From positions 9,612,001 through 9,676,000 of the forward strand of contig CM052816.1 in assembly GCA_028534125.1 (NCBI GenBank): 64,000 bases of DNA, written 5' to 3'. The stretch is from Lama glama (taxonomy: Eukaryota). The notes beneath the pieces were generated by a model, which searched no databases, was not told the origin of the DNA, and saw nothing but the letters and a program-made list of their open reading frames with translations. Numbering within the stretch: position 1 is the first letter of the stretch; each line of letters opens with the position of its first letter. The position numbers were made by a program, and so were the translations under genes. Shown piece by piece: positions 55,757 to 64,000 of this stretch.

Positions 55757-56549
55757 CTGAAGATCAGGAATTTAGACATAAGGTCAGAGGAGTACTGATA
55801 TAAACGTGCTTCTCTGAGGATTGGGCTGAATGGGGCTATAGTTGGTTAAACTTCTGCTTCTGATGAAAATGGGCCCCAGAGTTTGGAGCCTATTAATGTT
55901 CACACATGGGTTACCTGTTTACTTCTTGAAAGGGAAATATTGCAGCATGTGGGAACCAGGAAATCCTTGATACAAAGTCATTTGAACTCCTCAAAAATGT
56001 CTTTCAATAGCACGGCAGTTCTTTATTCCAATGTAAACAAGACCTTTCAGGCAACCCCGGGTTAATACTGAAAAAAAAAAATTTTTTTTTAAATACCACT
56101 ATGAAATAGAGGTTTCTTTTCCTAAGGAATTCTGAAATATTTTCTTTGTCTATTGGTTGGGGGGAGGTAGAGAGAGTCTTAAGGTTTGTTTGAGAATTTA
56201 CTTAAAAACTCAGCCTGTGTAGCATATCCTTTCCATATTCTCGTGTTATTTTACATTCTGAAATCACTGCTGTCCTTTGACCTTGCTTTCTTGGAAGAAC
56301 AGTTTTATCAGGTTACTGTACCTGTTTTGCAAGCAATTAGGAAGAACACATTTAAAATTTTTAATTTTTATTTTTAAATAATTTTTGCAAGAATAGAACA
56401 AATAGCTTATTATGTACTCTTCAAGACTCCATTCAAATTTTGTTGTCTGTGCCAATAATGCCTTTATAACAAAATGACCCCATCCAACAGGATTTAATAT
56501 TATTAGGATTGCAGTACTCCCTATCAAAGTCTTTTCCTGCCCTTTTTGG

Positions 56550-58018
56550 AAAATGAATAAGCTGATCCTAAAATTCTTATGGAGATACAAGGTACCCAGA
56601 ATAGCCAAAACAGTCTTGAAAAAGAAGAAAAGTTGGAGGGCTCACACTTCCCAATTTAAAAAGTTACTACAATGTTATGATAATCAAGAAAGTGTATAAT
56701 AGAACTAAGAATCCAAAAATAAATTCTTCTATTTATCGTCAGTTGACTTTGGACATGAATGACAAAACAATTCACTGAAGAAAGAATAGCCTTTTCAGAA
56801 ATTGGTATTGGGACAACTGGATGTCCACAGATAAAAACAATTAGATTGGACACCCCCTCTTCATTTTGTGTAAAAAATCATAATAGAAATTAACTCAAAA
56901 TTGATCAGAGACTTAAATTAATACCTAATTGTAGAATTCTTAGAAGAAAACATAAGTGTAAATCTTTGTGACCTTTGAATAGGCATTGGTTTCTTAGATA
57001 TGATGCTAAGACTTCAAGAAACAGAAAATAGATAAATTGGACATCATCAAAATTAAAGACTTTTACACTTAAAACAAGTGAATGGGAGAAAATATTTGCA
57101 AATCATATCTCTGATAAGGGACTAGTGTTTAGAATATATAAAAAACATTTACAGTTCAACAATAATCAGACAAATAATTTAGTTTAAAACCAAACGAAGG
57201 ACTTCAATAGGCATTTTTCCAAAAAAAATATAGAAATGGCCAATAAGCACATGAAAATATGTGTATCATCATTAGTTACTAGGGAAATGCAAATGAAAAC
57301 CAACATGAGATACCATTTCACATCCATTAAGATGGCCAAAATGAAAATTTTTTTTTAATAGACAAGGTATTGGCAAGGATGTGGAGAAATTGGAACCCTC
57401 ATTCACTGCTGATAGGAATATAAAATGGTGCGTCTGCTTTGGAAAATAATTTGGTAGTTCCTGGAAAAGTTAAATGTTGAGTTACCATATGACTCAGCAA
57501 TTTCATTTCTATGTATTTTCCCAAGAGGATTGAAAACATATATCCACACAAACACTTGTGTATGGATGTTCATAGCCCCTTTATTCATAGTAGCCCCAAA
57601 CTGGAAACAATCCACCTATTCATCAGTTGATGAATGATTGAATGTAGTGCAGCCATAGAATGGAATATTACTCAATAAAAGGAAGTGAAGTATTGACACA
57701 TGTTACAGTACGGATTAACCTTTAAAATCTTATGCTCAGTGAAAAAAGCAAGACACAAAAGACCACATAATGGATGATTCTATTTACATATAGTGTCAAG
57801 AGTAGAAAATCCATAGGCAAGAATTAGACTCGAGATTGCCAGGGGCTAGAAGAATAGGGAAATGGGAGTGACTGCTAATGGGTATGGAGTTTCTTTTAGG
57901 GGTGATGAAATGTGCTGGAATTAGATAGTGGTGAGAGTTGTGCAATTTTGTAAGTAGACTAGAAACCACTGAATTATATACTTTAAAAGCAAGAATTTTA
58001 TGATATGTAAACTATTTC

Positions 58019-58020
<2 letters not shown>
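56550..58020 (+). mobile_element. Old L1 (L1MB-like) 3' portion ending in an (AAT)n tail at 58021-58066
   Basis: aagctgatcctaaaattc..cccagaatagccaaaacagtcttgaaaaag..tgactgctaatgggtatggagtttcttttaggggtgatgaaa. Confidence 0.88.
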
Positions 58021-58067
<47 letters not shown>

Positions 58068-58196
58068 CATTCAGGATCTTTCACTGTCATGTCCTCCAGT
58101 ATCTTTCAATGCAGAACCCCTTCCTTGGGCTTTAAGAATTACAGACCACTAATTTTTGTAAAATGTTTCTGAATTTGAGTTTGTCTGATATTTCTT

Positions 58197-58443
58197 TTTT
58201 TTTTTTAATTGAAGTGTAGTCAGTTACAATGTGTCAATCTCTGGTGTGCAGCACAATGTCCCAGTCATGCATATACATACATATATTCCTTTTCCTTTTC
58301 TTTTTCTTTAAGGGTTATTACAAGATACTGAATATCGTTCCCTGTGCTATACAGAAGAAATTTTCAAATCTATTTTTATATACGGTGGCTAACATTTGCA
58401 TATCTCAAACTCCCAAATTTATCCCTTCTCACCCCTTTTCCCC
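58197..58443 (-). mobile_element. Short L1 3'-end insertion with 15-bp TSD, nested in an older L1MC-like fragment (~58070-58710)
   Basis: Poly(T)+aattgaagtgtagtcagttacaatgtgtc..; TSD tgtctgatatttctt 58182-58196 / tgtctgatgtttctt 58444-58458. Confidence 0.8.
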
Positions 58444-61400
58444 TGTCTGATGTTTCTTAATGATTATATTCAGGCTGTGCATTTTTGGCAGGGAAATCCC
58501 GAAGTTACACTATGTTCTTTGCATTGCATCCTTTCAGATAGTGTACATGATGCTGATTTGCCCCATCACTAATGATGCTAACTTTAATCACTTAAGTTAG
58601 TGTCTGCCAGGTTTTCCACTATGAAGTTACCTTTTCCTTTTAAAATTAATAAATATTTTGTAATAATATTTCTTGAAATGATGTAAATATTTAATTTTTA
58701 TTGCAGTTTTATTCATTCTATTGAGTTAAGTGAGGCCATGTTTAAATGGGGCAAACTATGTAAGTAAATGTGTATATTCTTACATGTTTAAACTACGCAT
58801 TCCACTTTTCACTTTGTAGTATCAATTTCTAATCAACATAAACATTCCCATTTCTCAAACCAAGAAAAAGTACCTGAGAACTTACTGGCCAAGCATATTG
58901 CAGAGAATGTGGTATAGGTGTTGAAGACTGGGCATACAGACCATAATCATCCCTTTCGTTTCTATAGGACTGCATAGTTCGCAAATCACGTTCACATGCG
59001 TATCTTACCTGACTCTCACAAAATACAATTTCAGTTAGGGATTATTATTCTCTTTATTAGCAGTAGGGGAAGAGACATTGCACACATAAAGTGGCCTACC
59101 CACAGCTACATCCCTGGTAAATGTTCAGGTTGTGGTAAGCACAACACAAGTCTTCTATTTCAAGATTTGTTGCATTTTCCTGAGTTGCTTGGTGGAGTTT
59201 TATAATGAAGACGATGATGAGGATGATAAAGACCTCAGTGATGCAAATGTTGATGAATACACAGAGGAGCAAATAAAATTAAAGTCATTTCTTCTCCAAG
59301 GCCTAAACTTGGAAAGGTTAAATTTTTAAAATAAATTCACTTCATATTTACATTTATAGTTGGATGTCTGGCTTTCTAAATCCAGGCTTATAATGCAGAG
59401 CACCAAGTATGGGGGCAAGACTGATCCCTTCTTCTCCAAAGCTCCCAAAGGGCACAGAGGTCCCAGGTCATTGTTTTGAGGAAGCCACAAGTGCATCATT
59501 ATCTTCACTGGTGCAGGCAGAATGATTGTGGAATGTGAGGAACCTGTTTGCTTGTTCCAGCTCTCAGGCAACTCTGAGATTGCTTACAGACACAGTGGGA
59601 AACAAAGGAGATTATTAGAATTAAACACTTCCTGTTAGCTTTATAACCACAAACTGATAACCAAAAGGAGACCCATACTGAGAGATACATGCAGTGAGTT
59701 AGGCAGACTCGATCAGGTCTCAGTAAAAGCAACTTATCACAGAGGCACAGAATTGACTGAGATCATTTTAACTTAAAGCGGCTGGGGTCGAAACATCAGT
59801 TCAAGTTGAAAAATGATTTTGTCAGGAATGAATATTCCTTAGCCATTTTTTATTTTTTATGTTATTTTGTGTTTGCTCTTTTTATTTTAATTCAGTTTCA
59901 GCCTTTCATTACTCTGGGAAACCAACAGGGACTTACTTGTACCAGTGTAAATATTGAATAAGATATTAAATGGAACAGTCTACATGTTCATTAACTGAAA
60001 ATTAATAACTCATTATATTCTCATGTATATAATGGCTAGCTTTCCAACACAGTTCTTATGGCCAGGTCACTGGGACCACTAGCCCTGATCAGGTCAGCTA
60101 TAAAGAGAGTCATATGTGAAGATGCACCTATGTATTTATTAACAAACAAAGTGAGATTGTAGCATCCAGTGACACAATGACACACAAACAGAACACAATA
60201 TTTATATAAATACAGGCACTTTAACTAACTCAATGAGTAGAACGAAGACCTAGAGACAATGAAAAATTAGGTTGGCTCTTAAAAGTTCAGTACTAGGTTC
60301 AATGTTGGTTCTCAGATTCGGCTGCATGAGATGAACTGTATGCAAGTAAGTGTTAAAGATTTTTATTTTGAGCTTTGAATTAAAAGAGAATTTAGAGTTA
60401 GCTTTTAAGGGGGAAGGTTAAGCATTAGGCTTTTGAAGGAGCTGTGAGAGGTAGCAGTTGAGATTTAGATGTAAGGTAAACATTGTTTGGGTTTATGTGA
60501 AATTAGAATTTATTCTACATGTTGAGATAGAAGCTGTAAATTGGGCTTCAAGCCTAGGTAAGGATTTGGCTGTAAAGTAATATATGTGGTAAAAATTTTG
60601 GATGATTTCTCCAACACTCTTCATTGTGAGACAAATGTCTAATAATATAAAGTTTTTACAGGGGTGTATATGGGCCTTTATACGCACTTGACCATCACTG
60701 CAAAGGGATTTATGGTCAGACCTTGGGGTATGGAGGCTGGAAGACTTTATATATATAAAAGATATCTAGGGAGCTAGAGAAAATGAGAAAAAGCTAATGA
60801 ATTTAAGGAAAAGGTAGGAAAAGTTTGAAGAGCAATAAAAAGTTATGAAAGGAATATGTAGGGAGAGGAAAAGTAGGATAAAGAGAAGGAAAACTATTTG
60901 AGCTAGGGGGAAAAGGAAATGAAAAGAAAGGAGAAAAGTGAGCTTTTGTTTCTTCAACTACTCAGCATCGCTGGACCAGTATTTCTTCTCTTTTGTGAAT
61001 TTATGCACTGGTTCTTCGAATCTATGATTGGGTTGAGGAGGTGTGTCTGAAAGATCAAAGACTGAGAAACGCTAGATTACTAGGTGTCTTACTGTGATGA
61101 ACACATTGGAGTGAAAGATTGTGAGCTTACTGTTAAGCATAGATTTGAGTTAAATACTATGAGCTGGTTAGGTTTGGATATATTGTGCATTTAACATTAG
61201 GATTAGGGGGTTGGTAGTCTAATATCATGGCTCAGTAGTTATTAGCATGGAATAGCTGATTCTGTGGCACATTGAGAATCAGAATTAAAATAATCAAGAT
61301 GGTTTAGAACTGAATTAAAATTTATCTTTTTCTGTGTCTGGAAGGTTTTAGTTTTTTAAAAGAAGTCTAAAGTAAATATGGAAACTGTTCAGATTGGAAT

Positions 61401-61468
61401 CAGCAGGGTGTGGGCTATATTATTCTTTCTGTCTTTTCCATGTGTTTAAAATATTTTGGCTTTAAAAA

Positions 61469-64000
61469 TTTTTTTTAATTGAAATATAGTCAGTTTGAAA
61501 TGTATTAATTTCTGGTGTACAGCATAATGTTTCAGTCATGCATGCAAATATTCATTCATATTCTTTTACATTGTAGATTACTATAACATATTGAATATAG
61601 TTCCCTGTGCTATACAGTATAAGCTTGTTGTTTATCTATTTTATATATAGTAGTTACTGTATGCAAATCTCAAAATCCTGATTTATTCCTTCTCACCTGC
61701 TTTATTCCCTGGTAACCATAAGTTTGCTTTCTATGTCTGTGTGTCTGTTTCTGGTTTGTAAATAAGTTTGTGTCCTTTTTTAAAATTCCACATATAGGTG
61801 ATAACATATGGTATATGTTTTTCTCTTTCTGGCTTACATCACTTAGAATGACAATCTAAGGGTCCATCTGTGTTGTTACCAATGACATTAGTTCATTTCT
61901 TTTTTAATGGCTGAGTAGTATTCCACTGTATAAATATACCACAACTTCTTTATCCAGTCATTTGCCAGTGGACATCTAGGTTGCTTCTACATCTTGGCTA
62001 TTGTAAATAGTGCTATTATGAACATTATGGTGTAGTTATGTTTTCAAATTAGAGCTTTCTCCAGATATATACTCAGGAGTGGGATTGCTGGATCATATGG
62101 TAAGTCTATTTTTAGTTGTTTAAGGAACGTCCATACTCATTTCCATAGTAGCTGCACCAAATTACATCCCCACCAACAGTGTAGGAGGGTTCCCTTTTCT
62201 CCATACCCTCTCCAGCATTTATCCCTTGTGGACTTTTGAATGATGGCTATTCTCACTGGTATGAAGTGATACCTCATTGTAGTTTTGATTTGTATTTCTC
62301 TGATAATTAGCAATATTGAGCATTTTTTAATGTTCCTATTGGCCATTTATATGTCTTCATTGGAGAATTGCTTGTTTAGGTCTTCTGCCTATTTTTGGAT
62401 TGGGTTGTTTGGTTTGTTGTTGTTGTTTTTATTGTTGCTGTTATTAAGTTCTGTGAGCTATTTATATTCTTTGGAAATGAAGCCCTTATCAGATGCATCA
62501 TTTGCAAATATTTTCTCCCATTCCGTAGGTTGTCTTTTTGTTTTGCATTTAGTTAACTTTGCTGTATGAAAGCTTATAAGTTAATTAGATCCAGTTTTTA
62601 AACTTTTGCTTTTGTTTCTATTGCCTAGGTAGACTGCCCTAGGAGAATATTGCTAATATTTATGTCAGAGAATGTTTTGCCTATGTTTTCTTCTGGAAGG
62701 TTTATTGTGTCTTGTCTTATGTTTAAGTCTTTAAACCATTTTGCATTTATTTTTCTGTATGGTGTGAGGGAGTGTTCTAACTTCATTGATTTACATACAG
62801 CTGTCCAGCTTTCCCAACAGCACTTGGTGAAGAAACTATCTTTTCTCCATTGTATATTCTTGCTTCCTTTTTTTTTGTTTTTTTGTTTGTTTGTTTTTGT
62901 AGATTGCTTGATCGTAAGTGTGTGGGTTTATTTCTAGGCTCTCTGTTGTGTTCCATTGATCCACATGTCTGTTTTTATGCCAATACCATGCTGTTTTGAT
63001 TACTGTAGCTCTGTAGTATCGTCCAAAGTCTGGGGAGGGTTATTCCTCCAGCTTCGTTCTTCTTCAGTATTGCTTTGGCAGTTCTGGTCTTTTGTGATGC
63101 CTTATAAATTTTAGGATTATTTGTTCTAGTTCTGTGAAAAAATGTCCTGAGTAATTTGATAGGGATCACATTAAATGTGTAGATTGCTTTGGGTAGTATG
63201 GCCATTTTAACAATATTCTTCCAATTCAAGAGCATGAGGTATCTTTCCATTTCTTAAAATCATCTTTAGTTCCCTTAATCAGTGTTTTGTAATTTTTCAT
63301 GCGTCTTTCACCTCCTTGGTCAGGTTTATTCCTAAGTTTTTTTTTTTTTCTGTTGTTACTGTAAAAGGAATTTTTTTTTTTACTCTCCTTTTCTGAGTTT
63401 TCATTATTAGTGTAAAGAAATGCAGCTGATTTCTTTATGTTAATCTTGTACCCTGCTACCTTCCCAAATTCTTTTATCAGCTCTAGTAGTTTTTGTGTGG
63501 AGCCTTTAGGGTTTTCTATATATAGTATCATGTCATCCAAATGTAGTGATAATTTTACCTCTTCTCTTCCAATTTGGATCCCCTTTATTTCTTTTTCTTG
63601 TCTGATTGCTATGGCTAGGACTTCCAATACTATGTTAAAAAGAAGTCATAAGAGTGGGCATCCTTGTCTTGTTCTAGATTTTAGTGGAAAGGCTTTCAAC
63701 TTTTCACCATTGAGTATTATGTTGGCTGTAGGTTTGTCATAAATAGCTTTTATTATGTTGAGATATGTTCCCTCTATACCCATTTTGCTAAGAGTTCTCC
63801 TGTTGATGTGGTGTATCATATTGATTAGCATATGTTGAACCATCCTTGTGTCCCTGGCATGAATCAAACTTTATCATAGTGCACAATGTTTTTTGTGTGT
63901 TATTGGAGTCTGTCTGCTAAAATTCTGTTGAGGATTTTTGCATCTATGTTTATCAACAATATTGGTCTGTACTTTCCTTTTTTGGTAGTGTCTTTGTCTG
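61469..64000 (-). mobile_element. L1 (3' UTR + ORF2 including RT), frameshifted; continues past window end
   Basis: Peptides [73 protein letters not shown]. Confidence 0.94.

Noticed and set aside
59160..59230. Minus-strand NSGKCNKS* resembling a second Kazal last exon, and + strand acidic EDDDEDDK peptide
   Set aside because: No suitably placed acceptor, no partner Cys-rich exon found, and the acidic run is a short (GAT)n-like repeat

Overview
Mammalian genomic DNA, most likely a camelid (a Vic-1-type tRNA-derived SINE and matching young L1 3' ends); not microbial, with no CRISPR, rRNA or real tRNA. Left half (1-32.7 kb): the 5' part of FBXO38 on the minus strand. It comprises a CpG-island promoter, non-coding exon 1 and coding exons 2-12 (1618 nt CDS, residues 1-539, all GT-AG and phase-consistent); the rest of the gene lies left of the window. 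Right half: repeat-rich DNA (solo ERV LTRs with target-site duplications, L1, MIR, hAT MITEs, two assembly gaps). It hides a complete four-exon minus-strand gene absent from the ORF track, encoding a 95-aa secreted Kazal-type (SPINK-family) protein: MKTFFVAVLAFGYFTHIFFANNPGNTDYEELSCSYYQKKSVQRKRVCSIRVSLLCASNNVTYPNFCVYCFANIALNLTLEVQHSGKCRKTETPET. It has six canonically spaced cysteines but an atypical reactive loop (P1 Ile, no Pro before Cys III) and a basic patch. Other observations: a fossil pogo/Tc2 transposase in FBXO38 intron 9, a possible divergent transcript from the FBXO38 promoter, and sense-oriented L1 poly(A) signals in the last SPINK intron. Repeat family names are from recalled consensus resemblance, not a database search.
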